A program made the position numbers and the translations under genes. Source: Marivirga sp. (GTDB lineage Bacteria; Bacteroidota; Bacteroidia; Cytophagales; Cyclobacteriaceae). Taken from it: DNA of 64,000 nucleotides. Location of the stretch: positions 5,613 through 69,612 of the forward strand of contig NZ_DASSWQ010000014.1 of assembly GCF_035704835.1 (NCBI RefSeq), written 5' to 3'. Positions 16,812 to 27,070 of the stretch are shown in pieces (the stretch's first letter is position 1; the number at the start of each line of letters is the position of its first letter). The notes beneath the pieces are model-generated. The model searched no databases, was not told the origin of the DNA, and saw only the letters and a program-made list of their open reading frames with translations.

Positions 16812-18524
16812 ATGAGATTAACACTAACCGCCTTACTCTTTTTATCAGTCTTCACAGTACATTCTCAAGCTGTAAATGCCCCCTTAAACCGCGATTATTA
16901 CCATCTTTTAGAAAGACTGGAAGTGAGGAGCGGCAAATTTTCTGAAAGTTTTCATGCTTCTATGAGGCCTTTTAATAGAAAAGAAATTGCTCAATTTCTG
17001 GATAGCTTAGACACAGACAACTTCAATAGAAGAGATAAATTCAATTATAATTATCTTAAAAATGATAGTTGGGAATGGGCTGACAGTGCTAATTATAAAA
17101 ATAGGAAAGGTGTTTTAGGACACATTTATAAAACCAAACCTGATTTTCTAAATGTTCATAATGAAGAATTTGATTTACATATCAATCCTGTTTTGGCGCT
17201 TTCATTAGGCCAAGAAAGCATAAGCGATAATAGATTATATACCAATACGAGAGGTTTCGAAGTGAGAGGGCTCATCAATAAAAAACTCGGTTTTTACACT
17301 TTTGTCGGTGAAAATCAACTAGTTCTTCCCCATCATGTGAGAAATTATATTAATCAATTTAATGCTGTGCCAGGTGAGGGATTTTGGAAGCCCTATGGTG
17401 ATAATAATGAAGGAGTAGATTTTTTCACTGCCCGAGGCTATATCTCCTTTCAAGCAACAAAAAGTATCAATTTACAATTTGGTCATGATAGATTTTTCAT
17501 TGGTAATGGAGAACGATCGCTTATTTTAAGTGATTTCGCAACCGGCTATTTATTCTTGAAAGCTGAAACCAATATTTGGAAATTGAATTACACCAATCTT
17601 TTTGGATTACAAACTGCTGATGTGGTGTTAAGAGGAAATCAATTGTCGGGTACACAATACCAGTATCCACGGAAATTTATGTCCCTCCATCACTTAAGCT
17701 ATAATATTACAGACAATATTAATATTGGGATTTTTGAAGCCATTATGTCTGGAGATTCTTCAGTTGCTCAAAATCCTATAGATCCCGTTTATTTTAATCC
17801 CATCATTTTTTACAGAGCACTAGAACAACAAGATGGTAGCTCGGGCAACGCTTTAGTAGGGATGGATTTCCGAGCATTATTTTTGAAAAGATTTAGCCTT
17901 TATGGCCAATTAGTATTAGATGAATTTTTGATTGACAACTTAAGACAAGGCGGCTGGTGGGCCAATAAGTGGGCGGTGCAAACTGGCTTAAAATATTTTA
18001 ATGCTTTCGAAATTCCTAATCTAGATTTACAAGGAGAATATAATGTTTCCCGTCCTTTCATGTATGCACATGATTCTAATTTCACCAATTACGCAAATTA
18101 CAAACAACCATTAGCGCATCCTTTAGGTGCTAATTTTAGGGAGATGATTGCCACTTTGCGCTATCAAATCAGTCCGAGAATTCACTTTCAGGCAAAAGCG
18201 GTTATGGCAGAATTTGGAACAGATACGACTCAAAATAACCACTTCGGAGGAAATATCTTCAAGCAAAATAATGCTCGCTATAGCCATATAAATCCTGATA
18301 CTGGAAGTAGATGGCAATTTGGACACACTATTGGGCAAGGAGAAAGCAATACGTTAAGATTTATAAAAATGACATTAAGTGTAATGCCTTATCACAATTT
18401 GTTTTTGGATGTGAACTACAGCATTAGAAATCAGCAAAGTGAATTTGAAAACAACACCAGTGAAAATACTTTTTATGGTGTTGACCTCAGATGGAATATT
18501 CCAAAACGAGAGAATTTATTCTAA
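16812..18524 (+). CDS. Outer-membrane beta-barrel protein, Wzi/RemB-like
   Basis: Signal peptide; QFGHDRFFIGNG.RSLILSD, QPLAHPLGANFRE; aromatic beta-strands; ends in Phe. Confidence 0.6.
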   Translation: MRLTLTALLFLSVFTVHSQAVNAPLNRDYYHLLERLEVRSGKFSESFHASMRPFNRKEIAQFLDSLDTDNFNRRDKFNYNYLKNDSWEWADSANYKNRKGVLGHIYKTKPDFLNVHNEEFDLHINPVLALSLGQESISDNRLYTNTRGFEVRGLINKKLGFYTFVGENQLVLPHHVRNYINQFNAVPGEGFWKPYGDNNEGVDFFTARGYISFQATKSINLQFGHDRFFIGNGERSLILSDFATGYLFLKAETNIWKLNYTNLFGLQTADVVLRGNQLSGTQYQYPRKFMSLHHLSYNITDNINIGIFEAIMSGDSSVAQNPIDPVYFNPIIFYRALEQQDGSSGNALVGMDFRALFLKRFSLYGQLVLDEFLIDNLRQGGWWANKWAVQTGLKYFNAFEIPNLDLQGEYNVSRPFMYAHDSNFTNYANYKQPLAHPLGANFREMIATLRYQISPRIHFQAKAVMAEFGTDTTQNNHFGGNIFKQNNARYSHINPDTGSRWQFGHTIGQGESNTLRFIKMTLSVMPYHNLFLDVNYSIRNQQSEFENNTSENTFYGVDLRWNIPKRENLF

Positions 18525-18639
18525 AAGGTGACCAAGTGGAGAAGTGCTGCTGTGTTTTCTAGCTTATAGTAGAGCTTGTTGCAAAACATAACTCGTCCTA
18601 CCTACAAAAACTGGCTAAATCATAAATAGATTGAAAGAA

Positions 18640-18795
18640 TTAGCTATTATTTTTAATTTCTGAGAGCCGAGCTTTGTTGTATCCCTCTTTGAAAGCATCA
18701 ACATATTTCTCTGTATTGACCACTAATTCCATTGTCAAAACAGTAATTAATCCTATGAAAAATCCAGTAATATGCTCTTTTTTAATTCTTTTCAT
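18640..18795 (-). CDS. Putative 51-aa single-TM small protein (below the ORF-track cutoff)
   Basis: MKRIKKEHITGFFIGLITVLTMELVVNTEKYVDAFKEGYNKARLSEIKNNS; basic N-terminus, hydrophobic stretch, AT-rich leader. Confidence 0.5.
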   Translation of the reverse strand: MKRIKKEHITGFFIGLITVLTMELVVNTEKYVDAFKEGYNKARLSEIKNNS

Positions 18796-18953
18796 TTCTA
18801 GAATTTAAATAGTCAGTGCAATTTTCTTCAATTTATAATTGAAATCCAAAATCTCCGCCCCAGGAATCTAAAAACTAAATCCTTTTAATCGCAAAAGGGA
18901 AAATATTAGGTGATTTAATTACTGCGTAAACTATTAAGGCTTAATGCTTAGCC

Positions 18954-19328
18954 TTAATTATAAGGAATAATCTCGATTGGTAAACGACAAAGATTAGCGA
19001 AATCCTCTCCTATTTCCATCATGTCATCGTCTGCTTCTCTGTAGTACCACTTAATTTTCACATCCTTACCTTCTATATCCTTAATAGATTCCATCTTATG
19101 AATCATATCTAGCATTAACTTCGAAGTACTGGTATTGAAGTAATCTAATCTGAAATGAAGTTCAGTAACTGGTTGGGGATTTTCCATATATCGATTGAGG
19201 TGATCGAAGATGGGAGTAAAAACATCCATTGGATTCTCAGGAATAGAGGAACCTGAGATTTCAAAAAAACCTTTTTCGATATCGATGACCACCGTGGGTC
19301 TTTGATGTGTGCCTGACATTCTAAACAT
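18954..19328 (-). CDS. SiaC / DUF1987 family protein
   Basis: ISGSSIPEN, LDYFNTSTSK (phospho-Thr motif), KWYY...DDDM.EIGEDF. Confidence 0.88.
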   Translation of the reverse strand: MFRMSGTHQRPTVVIDIEKGFFEISGSSIPENPMDVFTPIFDHLNRYMENPQPVTELHFRLDYFNTSTSKLMLDMIHKMESIKDIEGKDVKIKWYYREADDDMMEIGEDFANLCRLPIEIIPYN

Positions 19329-19519
19329 ACTGTGTCAAATATGCTAACAATTTATGTTAACTTCAAAATCTTGTTCTAATTTTCGATAATTATCAGTTTT
19401 TTTACCCTAAATAATAGATTTTCGCGCGTTGCCTTAAGTACAAATTTTGAAAAAGGATAAATATGCTTTTATCAAAAAAATTAGACCAGTTAAAAAAATC
19501 AACTTAACAAGAATAAACC

Positions 19520-21403
19520 ATGACTAAATCGGCTTTGTTATTTTTTATATTACTAGGCTTATTTGCTTGCAATACAAATAAAGAAATGAAAAACACAAGA
19601 ATCAAAACTAGTGACCTTAAGAAGGACGATCAACATTCGTTTGCCAAACCTCAAAAGGCAATAATCACTCACCTTAATTGGAATGCTACCATTGATTTTG
19701 AAACTAAAACGATAAATGCAATAGCTCAATTTAATATCCAAAAATACCCTAATGTAACTGAAATAATACTGGATACTAAGAATTTGGATATTGAGAAAAT
19801 CTGGAGAAATAAAGACGATTCTGTAGACTTCGTATTAAAAGAGCAAGTTGAAATTTTGGGTCAAGCATTACATATACCTTTAACTAAAGAAACTGAAACT
19901 ATTAGTATTCAATATAAAACTTTCCCTGATTCTGAAGCACTGCAATGGTTAAGTGCACAGCAGACTGCTGGAGATTCTCCTTTCCTTTTTACGCAATCCC
20001 AAGCCATCTTATGTCGCTCATGGATTCCCATTCAAGATTCGCCTGGCATCAGATTTACTTATGAAGCGCAAGTAAAAGTACCAAAAGGGAATTTAGCTAT
20101 AATGAGTGCTGAAAATCCACAAGAAGTTGATTCAACAGGGAATTATAATTTTAAAATGCAGCAGCCTATTCCAGCTTATCTAATGGCCTTGGCTGTGGGA
20201 GATTTGGAATACTACAAAACTGGTCCAGAAACAGGGATTTATGCAGAACCAGCCACAATGGAAAAAGCCGTAAAAGATTTGGAAGATTTGCAGTCCTTTT
20301 TGGAAACCGCTGAAGAACTTTATGGCAATTATCGTTGGGGTCAATTTGATGTCTTGATATTGCCTCCCAGTTTCCCTTTTGGAGGAATGGAAAATCCTCG
20401 TCTGACTTTTGCAACTCCTACCATATTATCGGGTGATAAATCTTTGGTTTCCTTAATCGCTCATGAACTGGCCCATAGTTGGTCAGGAAATTTAGTAACC
20501 AACGCAACTTGGAATGATTTCTGGCTAAATGAAGGCTTCACGGTCTATTTTGAATACCGTATTATGGAAGCGCTCTATGGAAAGGATTACTCTGAAATGT
20601 TAGCTTCCATTTCCCACAAGGAATTGAGGGGTGAAGCCAAGGAATTGATTGACAACGGGAATGCAAAAGACACTCATTTAAAATTAGATTTAGCTGGTAG
20701 AAATCCCGATGTGGGGATGACCGCTATTGCTTATGACAAAGGCTACTTCTTTTTAAAATACATAGAAGAACTTACGGGCAGGGAAAAATTTGATGATTTT
20801 TTGAAGCAATATTTCACAGAGCATGCATTTGAAAGTATTAACACAGAGCAATTTTTGCTTTACATGGAACAAAATCTCTTTGGGAAGCATAACATCCCGA
20901 TGCCAAAAGATTTATTTTCTAATTGGGTTTATGGGTCTGGAATACCTGAAAATCTACCAAAACCCAATTCTGAAAGATTTAGAAATGTAGAGCAGTCGAT
21001 TGCAAAATGGTTAAATACTGAAAATATTGATACACTCAAGTGTCAAGACTGGAGCACCCACGAATTCTTACATTTCTTTCATCAATTGCCCGATTCGATT
21101 GAATATAGCGAGGTGCAAGCATTGGATGAAAAATTCGATTTCACCAATGGCGGAAATTCTGAAATATTAGCAGAGTGGTTTTTATTGTCTATCAAAAAAG
21201 AGTACCGTCCTGCATATGGGGCAATGGAAAATTTTTTAATTAATACGGGCAGGAAAAAGTTTTTAATGCCCCTTTATGGTGAGCTTGCTAAAACAGAAAA
21301 CGGCAAAAGGATTGCTTTAAATATCTACAAAAAAGCAAGGCAAAATTACCACTATGTAAGCTACAATTCGTTAGACAAATTATTAAATTACCAAACAGAT
21401 TGA
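19520..21403 (+). CDS. M1-family aminopeptidase (leukotriene A4 hydrolase-like), lipoprotein
   Basis: Lipobox LFAC; GGMEN; HELAH...WLNEG zinc motif; YDKG; C-terminal GRKKF. Confidence 0.93.
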   Translation: MTKSALLFFILLGLFACNTNKEMKNTRIKTSDLKKDDQHSFAKPQKAIITHLNWNATIDFETKTINAIAQFNIQKYPNVTEIILDTKNLDIEKIWRNKDDSVDFVLKEQVEILGQALHIPLTKETETISIQYKTFPDSEALQWLSAQQTAGDSPFLFTQSQAILCRSWIPIQDSPGIRFTYEAQVKVPKGNLAIMSAENPQEVDSTGNYNFKMQQPIPAYLMALAVGDLEYYKTGPETGIYAEPATMEKAVKDLEDLQSFLETAEELYGNYRWGQFDVLILPPSFPFGGMENPRLTFATPTILSGDKSLVSLIAHELAHSWSGNLVTNATWNDFWLNEGFTVYFEYRIMEALYGKDYSEMLASISHKELRGEAKELIDNGNAKDTHLKLDLAGRNPDVGMTAIAYDKGYFFLKYIEELTGREKFDDFLKQYFTEHAFESINTEQFLLYMEQNLFGKHNIPMPKDLFSNWVYGSGIPENLPKPNSERFRNVEQSIAKWLNTENIDTLKCQDWSTHEFLHFFHQLPDSIEYSEVQALDEKFDFTNGGNSEILAEWFLLSIKKEYRPAYGAMENFLINTGRKKFLMPLYGELAKTENGKRIALNIYKKARQNYHYVSYNSLDKLLNYQTD

Positions 21404-21428
21404 TTTTCATATAAAACTAAACTGAAAA

Positions 21429-22343
21429 ATGTATAAAATAGAAAGACTTTTAGTTGCACTTGACTTAACTGAAATGGATGAATTACTGATAAAATATTCA
21501 TCACATTTAGCTAAATTTTTGAAAAGTGAAAAAGTGTATTTTATCCATGTTGCGAAAGACCTTGAACTGCCTGAAGACTTAAAAAAAAATTATCCTGACT
21601 TGATGGCTCCAAATGATGAATCCATGGCTGATTCTATTAATAAATTGGTTGAAAAAGCGTGGGATTCTGACTATAAATGTGAAAAAGTAATTGAAATCAA
21701 AGAAGGAGACCCATCAGACCAAATTCTTAAATGGGTGAATATCAAGGATATTGATATGATGGTGATGGGCCGCAAAAGAAAACTAAAAGGCGGTGGTATT
21801 GTGCCACAAAAAGTAGCAAAAGTTGTACACACTTCCCTCATGATGGTCCCTGAAGGCTTTGGATTTAAGCTAGACAAGGTTGTAGTACCAGTTGATTTTT
21901 CAAAGCATTCCAAACTAGCGGTTGAAGAAGCATTATCCATCACAGAAAAAAATAAGGTGGACGTTTCATTAGTGCATGTATATGATGTCCCATCAGGCTA
22001 TCATAAAACAGGAAAGAATTATGATGAATTTTCTAAAATCATGGAAGGACATGCAAAAAATGACTACAAGGAGTTTATAAAAAAGAATGAATTTCCTGAG
22101 GATTTAAATTGTGATTATGTTTTAGATGAAGATAATTCACCCGCAGATAAAATCTTTGAGTTTGCCTCTGACCAGAAAGCTGATATGATTATAATGGGCT
22201 CTAAAGGAAGAACAGGATTGGCCTCTATTTTATTGGGAAGTGTCGCTGAAAAGGTAGTGGTTTACGACAGCGAAATTCCTTTGATGATAGTAAAAGAAAA
22301 AGGGGAAAATATGGGCTTTTTGAAAGCGCTGCTTAAATTATAA
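21429..22343 (+). CDS. Tandem-domain universal stress protein
   Basis: LLVALDL / VVVPVDFS, IDMMVMG, MGSKGRTGLASILLGSVAEKV. Confidence 0.92.
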   Translation: MYKIERLLVALDLTEMDELLIKYSSHLAKFLKSEKVYFIHVAKDLELPEDLKKNYPDLMAPNDESMADSINKLVEKAWDSDYKCEKVIEIKEGDPSDQILKWVNIKDIDMMVMGRKRKLKGGGIVPQKVAKVVHTSLMMVPEGFGFKLDKVVVPVDFSKHSKLAVEEALSITEKNKVDVSLVHVYDVPSGYHKTGKNYDEFSKIMEGHAKNDYKEFIKKNEFPEDLNCDYVLDEDNSPADKIFEFASDQKADMIIMGSKGRTGLASILLGSVAEKVVVYDSEIPLMIVKEKGENMGFLKALLKL

Positions 22344-22358
22344 TGCTACTTTAAAACT

Positions 22359-22391
22359 AACTTTCCCAAAGTCTTCAACTTTGGGAAAGTT
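22359..22391. terminator. Bidirectional terminator between convergent usp and iscS-like genes
   Basis: Perfect 14-bp stem AACTTTCCCAAAGT-CTTCA-ACTTTGGGAAAGTT. Confidence 0.75.
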
Positions 22392-22397
22392 TAAATC

Positions 22398-23546
22398 CTA
22401 CCCTACCGTCTTCTTCTCATAAATTTCAGCTACAGCATCCACAGCCTTATCAATCTCTTCAGCAGTATTATATTTACTAAAAGAAAAACGGACATTTGGT
22501 CTTTCCGAGGCTTTTCCTAATTCTGCTATCACATGCGAACCCACATCACTTCCACTACTACATGCCGAACCTCCACTAGCAGAAATGCCTTTGATGTCCA
22601 AGTTAAACAATAGCATATCACTCATATTTGAAGGAGGCAAACAAACATTCAAAACTGTGTAAAGGCTTTTGTCTTGGTCGGCACTTAAGCCATTGAAATC
22701 AACTCCTTCAATTTTGGCTTGAAGCTTCTGAATCATTCGGTCTTTTAAGCCTTGAATATGGTTGTGATGTTCTTCCATATCACGATAAGCAATTTCCATT
22801 GCTTTGGCCAAACCTACTATTCCATAAACATTTTCTGTCCCTCCACGCATGTTTCGTTCTTGAGCACCTCCATGAATAAATGGATGAATTTTATGCTCAC
22901 CATTGATGTATAAAAAGCCAACACCCTTAGGTCCATGAAATTTGTGAGCAGCACCAACAATATGTTGTGCCTTTATTTCCTGTAAATCATGGGTATAGTG
23001 CGCCATCGTCTGAACTGTATCAGAATGAAACACTGCGCCATGCTCTTTACAGAGCCAACTGATCTCCTCTAAATCAATGATATTCCCGATTTCATTATTT
23101 CCGTGCATGAGGGAAACTAAGCTATCAGGATTTTTGCTTAACCAATCTTTTAAAGCATCCATCTCAATCGAGCCGTTTTCATCTAATGGAACATAATCCA
23201 ATTCAATTTGGCCAGCTTTTTCTAAATGCTGAAGTGTATGTAAAACAGCGTGGTGCTCAATTTTTGAAGTCAGCGCTTTCTTGATTCCTTTCTGTTCAAT
23301 ACTGCATCTTATAGCAGTATTATCAGCTTCAGTACCACCAGAAGTAAAAAATATTTCAGAGGGTGAAGTATTCAATAATTCAGCAATGGTTCTTCTGGCT
23401 TTTTCAATTGCAGCTCTGACTTCACGTCCATGTGAATGAATAGAAGAAGGATTCCCAAAATGACTCAACATAAAAGGTTTCATCGCTTCAAAAACTTCAG
23501 GGTCTAAAGCGGTGGTTGCTGCGTTATCCAAATAAATCCCTGCCAT
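22398..23546 (-). CDS. iscS: Cysteine desulfurase (IscS/NifS family)
   Basis: YLDNAATT, GNPSSIH, TSGGTEADN, AHKFHGPKG, SGGSACSSG. Confidence 0.92.
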   Translation of the reverse strand: MAGIYLDNAATTALDPEVFEAMKPFMLSHFGNPSSIHSHGREVRAAIEKARRTIAELLNTSPSEIFFTSGGTEADNTAIRCSIEQKGIKKALTSKIEHHAVLHTLQHLEKAGQIELDYVPLDENGSIEMDALKDWLSKNPDSLVSLMHGNNEIGNIIDLEEISWLCKEHGAVFHSDTVQTMAHYTHDLQEIKAQHIVGAAHKFHGPKGVGFLYINGEHKIHPFIHGGAQERNMRGGTENVYGIVGLAKAMEIAYRDMEEHHNHIQGLKDRMIQKLQAKIEGVDFNGLSADQDKSLYTVLNVCLPPSNMSDMLLFNLDIKGISASGGSACSSGSDVGSHVIAELGKASERPNVRFSFSKYNTAEEIDKAVDAVAEIYEKKTVG

Positions 23547-23550
23547 AAAA

Positions 23551-24945
23551 TTAGTCTTCTTTGTATGCTATAATTTCTTTAATATCAGAAATCATTTTTT
23601 GTGCCAAATGCTCTGCTTTTGATTCGGAATCTGATTCAGAATAAATTCTTATAATAGGCTCCGTATTTGACTTCCGCAAATGAACCCATTCTTTATCAAA
23701 TTCAACTTTAACTCCATCAATGGTATTGATAGGCTGGTTTTTATATCGGACTTGAATCGCCTCTAAAATGCCATCTACATCAATTTCAGGAGTCAATTCA
23801 ATTTTATTTTTAGAAATGTGATAGCTTGGGAAAGTTGATCTTAATTGCGAACAAGATTTTCCAGATTTAGCTAAATGCGTCAAAAATAGGGCAATTCCAA
23901 CCAAAGCATCTCTTCCATAATGCAATTCAGGATAAATGATACCTCCATTACCTTCTCCACCAATTATGGCTTCGGTTTCCTTCATTTTGGTGACTACATT
24001 TACTTCTCCAACTGCAGAAGCTTCATAAGAACCTCCCCTTTTTTCAGTTACATCACGCAAGGCTCGTGTACTTGAGAGATTGGAAACTGTATTTCCTTTT
24101 TGTTGGCTTAAAATATAATCAGCAACTGCTACTAATGTATATTCCTCTCCAAAAGGAGTTCCATCTTCGTTTACAATCGCTAACCTATCTACATCAGGAT
24201 CAACTACAAAGCCTAAATCATAGTGACCATTAGCCAGTTCATTGCTTATATGTGTGATGTTTTCAGGTAAAGGCTCTGGGTTATGCGGGAAGTTTCCATC
24301 AGGATAGCAATACAGTTCTCTAACTTCAGTCACACCCAAAGATTTTAACAATTTTGGAATTGCAATTCCGCCTGTGCTATTGACTGCATCCACTACAACT
24401 TTGAACTTTCTTTCACGAATGGCTGCAACATCAACTAAAGGCAAATCAATTACCATGTCGATGTGCTTTTGGATATAATGGTCCTGAGTAGTGTATTTTC
24501 CGATTTTCTTAACTTCGCTAAAATTATAATCCGCGCTTTCAGCCAAATCTAAAATTGCTTGCCCATCTTCACCAGAAATAAATTCTCCCTTTTCATTTAA
24601 AAGTTTTAGAGCGTTCCATTGAACTGGATTGTGGCTTGCTGTCAGGATAATCCCACCTGCTGCCTTTTCCAAACCAACAGCTATCTCAACCGTTGGTGTG
24701 GTCGAAAGCCCTAGGTCAACTACATTCATGCCCATTCCTTGTAAAGTGGCGGCAACTAATTTTGACACCATTTCACCTGTAGGCCTAGCATCCCTACCAA
24801 TAACAACTTTATTGTTATCTGATTTGGTTCTCAACCAAGCTGCATAAGCACTACTAAACTTTACGATATCAACGGGCGTTAACCCATCTCCTGTCTTTCC
24901 TCCTATGGTTCCTCTAATGCCGGAAATTGATTTTATTAAGGTCAC
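23551..24945 (-). CDS. glmM: Phosphoglucosamine mutase
   Basis: SISGIRG, TASHNP, DPDVDR, GGEGNGG, RKSNTEP; GTG start. Confidence 0.9.
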   Translation of the reverse strand: MTLIKSISGIRGTIGGKTGDGLTPVDIVKFSSAYAAWLRTKSDNNKVVIGRDARPTGEMVSKLVAATLQGMGMNVVDLGLSTTPTVEIAVGLEKAAGGIILTASHNPVQWNALKLLNEKGEFISGEDGQAILDLAESADYNFSEVKKIGKYTTQDHYIQKHIDMVIDLPLVDVAAIRERKFKVVVDAVNSTGGIAIPKLLKSLGVTEVRELYCYPDGNFPHNPEPLPENITHISNELANGHYDLGFVVDPDVDRLAIVNEDGTPFGEEYTLVAVADYILSQQKGNTVSNLSSTRALRDVTEKRGGSYEASAVGEVNVVTKMKETEAIIGGEGNGGIIYPELHYGRDALVGIALFLTHLAKSGKSCSQLRSTFPSYHISKNKIELTPEIDVDGILEAIQVRYKNQPINTIDGVKVEFDKEWVHLRKSNTEPIIRIYSESDSESKAEHLAQKMISDIKEIIAYKED

Positions 24946-24970
24946 TTAATTTATTGTTTGATTCAATCAA

Positions 24971-24978
24971 CAAAGGTA
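24971..24978 (-). promoter_or_regulatory. -7 promoter box for glmM-iscS
   Basis: TACCTTTG on the minus strand, 25 nt upstream of the start. Confidence 0.55.
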
Positions 24979-25108
24979 CTAAAAAATGCAGCGTGACGGA
25001 ATTCTTTTTAATATTACGCACGAAAAAATATCTATTCATCGATAACTCCTTGAAAAAACCAACTTTTGTTATTAAAATCGATTCTTTAACTTTATTTTAT
25101 GTAAAATT

Positions 25109-26071
25109 TTGCTAGCTGCAATAAAAATATGGAATACGTCTGGCATTTCATTTGATATGGATGCCCAAGAGAGAAGAAAAGTATTTCTAACGAATGCTTT
25201 AGCTCTTTTTGTGGCTATATACACCTTTGCGGTTGCGCTAAATGACTTTTTTATTGTTGAATATTATTTAGCTGGATATAGAAGATTAGCAATATCCATT
25301 TTGATGTTTTTGATTCCATATTTGAACTCTAAAAAGCACTTTAACCTCTCTAAAAGCATTTTTCTCTTTCTACCCAGTTTCGCTCAATTTGGAATACCTA
25401 TCTTGATTGGAGACATTACCGAAAGTCAATTCATCTGGTTTCAGTACGTAGCCGCTATTTTTTGCTCGGTTCCTTTTCTTTTATTTAATCAAGAAAAAGA
25501 TAGAGGGTTGATAATCTTGTTTTTTACTTATTATTTATTAATCACACTTTTCATAGACCGAGGACTTTTATACGCATTAGAAACTCCTCTTCAACCCGCT
25601 ATAAGTGACTATATAAGTGATTTTAATCGTTATAAATTTCCACCTCTTTTTATAGCATTGTTTTCAAGTGCTACTCTTATGTGGTATAACAACACCAATT
25701 ACAAATATGAAAAAATCCTTAAAAAAACGAATCTCGAGCTTAATGAAATGCAAGAAGAATTAATTTCTAAAAATGAGGAATATGAAGCCATAAACCGCAA
25801 TTTAGAAGCTATGGTAGAAGAGCGAACAAAACAAATAAAATCAAAAAACAGCCAAATAATTGATTATGCCTACATTAATGCCCATAAAGTAAGAGGACCA
25901 TTAGCTAGAATTATGGGTCTAATCAATATTTCTGAGTATTCAAACGACCCTGAAGAGTTAAAAAATATTTTTGATAAATTAAGGCCTCCTTCTCAAGAAC
26001 TTAATGTAATTATAGATGAAATTAATAGAACACTTGAAGAAGGAAATTCAAATGATGTTGAAGAAAAATAA
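25109..26071 (+). CDS. Membrane sensor with coiled coil and HisKA-like H-box but no HATPase domain
   Basis: ~6 TM, LEAMVEERT coil, NAHKVRGPLARIMGL; ends ~50 aa later. Start uncertain (TTG). Confidence 0.7.
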   Translation: MLAAIKIWNTSGISFDMDAQERRKVFLTNALALFVAIYTFAVALNDFFIVEYYLAGYRRLAISILMFLIPYLNSKKHFNLSKSIFLFLPSFAQFGIPILIGDITESQFIWFQYVAAIFCSVPFLLFNQEKDRGLIILFFTYYLLITLFIDRGLLYALETPLQPAISDYISDFNRYKFPPLFIALFSSATLMWYNNTNYKYEKILKKTNLELNEMQEELISKNEEYEAINRNLEAMVEERTKQIKSKNSQIIDYAYINAHKVRGPLARIMGLINISEYSNDPEELKNIFDKLRPPSQELNVIIDEINRTLEEGNSNDVEEK

Positions 26072-26098
26072 AATCAATTTATTTTTTAATTCAAATTA

Positions 26099-26114
26099 AT
26101 CGTAATATTGCAAT
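26099..26114. promoter_or_regulatory. Putative ArsR operator upstream of arsR
   Basis: Imperfect palindrome ATCGTAA-TA-TTGCAAT; 14/16 identical to the site at 26484. Confidence 0.55.
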
Positions 26115-26128
26115 ATAATAAAAATCAA

Positions 26129-26464
26129 ATGGGCGTAACTAAATCTGACTTATTCACGGAAGAGCAAAATGACCTGGCAAATGTAGCTAAAGCATTTGCA
26201 CATCCGGCTCGTATTGCTATCATTCAGTATTTACTGAAATCAAATGCCTGTATAAATGGACATTTAGTTTCTGAACTCGGATTAGCACAAGCTACCATCA
26301 GTCAGCATTTAAGAGCTCTAAAAGATATAGGCATCATTCAAGGTACGATCGAGGGTGTATCGGTTAGTTATTGTATAAACCCAACCCGTTGGGAAGAAGT
26401 AAAAAATCTATTCAGCGAAATTTTTGAACTGTATAAAAACCCCAATCAGCAAAATTGCTGCTGA
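26129..26464 (+). CDS. arsR: ArsR/SmtB transcriptional repressor
   Basis: AKAFAHPARIAI, LAQATISQHL wHTH, C-terminal CC; start moved to ATG 26129. Confidence 0.92.
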   Translation: MGVTKSDLFTEEQNDLANVAKAFAHPARIAIIQYLLKSNACINGHLVSELGLAQATISQHLRALKDIGIIQGTIEGVSVSYCINPTRWEEVKNLFSEIFELYKNPNQQNCC

Positions 26465-26483
26465 TATTTTTTTGTATATAATC

Positions 26484-26507
26484 ATCGTAATATACCAATA
26501 ATACGAT
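26484..26507. promoter_or_regulatory. Second putative ArsR operator
   Basis: ATCGTAATATACCAAT overlapping an ATCGTA-N12-TACGAT inverted repeat. Confidence 0.5.
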
Positions 26508-26533
26508 AAATCAAAATCTATAAAATAAAAAAC

Positions 26534-27010
26534 ATGAGACTATCTGAAATCAAATCAAGGCTTGACGATTTAAATGAAGTAAAATTTCAAATCCCTAATG
26601 GAGAGTTTGTTCCTCCACATTTTCATATTACAGAGGTTGGAATCATCACTCGCAATTTCATTGATTGCGGTGGAACAATGAGAAACGAGCAAAAAGTGAA
26701 TTTCCAACTGTGGGAAGATGGTGATTTCGACCATAGATTGGGTGCTAAAAAACTGCAGAATATTATTAACTTATCTCAAGAGAAATTAGGGATAGATGAT
26801 AATTTGGAGGTTGAGGTCGAATATCAAGGCGCAACTATCGGTAAATATCTTTTAGATTTTAATGGAGAACACTTTGTATTGGTCAATACCCAAACAGATT
26901 GTTTGGCCAAAGATAAATGTGGTATCCCAGCTTCAAAACCAAAAATGCAATTAGCAGATGTTACAGGCTCTACTTCAAATGCTTGTGCTCCAGGTGGTGG
27001 ATGTTGTTAA
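26534..27010 (+). CDS. DUF6428-like arsenic-operon protein with Cys-rich tail
   Basis: VPPHFHITEVG, FIDCGG, QTDCLAKDKC, CAPGGGCC. Confidence 0.75.
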   Translation: MRLSEIKSRLDDLNEVKFQIPNGEFVPPHFHITEVGIITRNFIDCGGTMRNEQKVNFQLWEDGDFDHRLGAKKLQNIINLSQEKLGIDDNLEVEVEYQGATIGKYLLDFNGEHFVLVNTQTDCLAKDKCGIPASKPKMQLADVTGSTSNACAPGGGCC

Positions 27011-27070
27011 GCCTTAATAACCCGCCAGATTTAAGAAAAATTAGATTAGTTGTCCTAATCCATTACTAAA

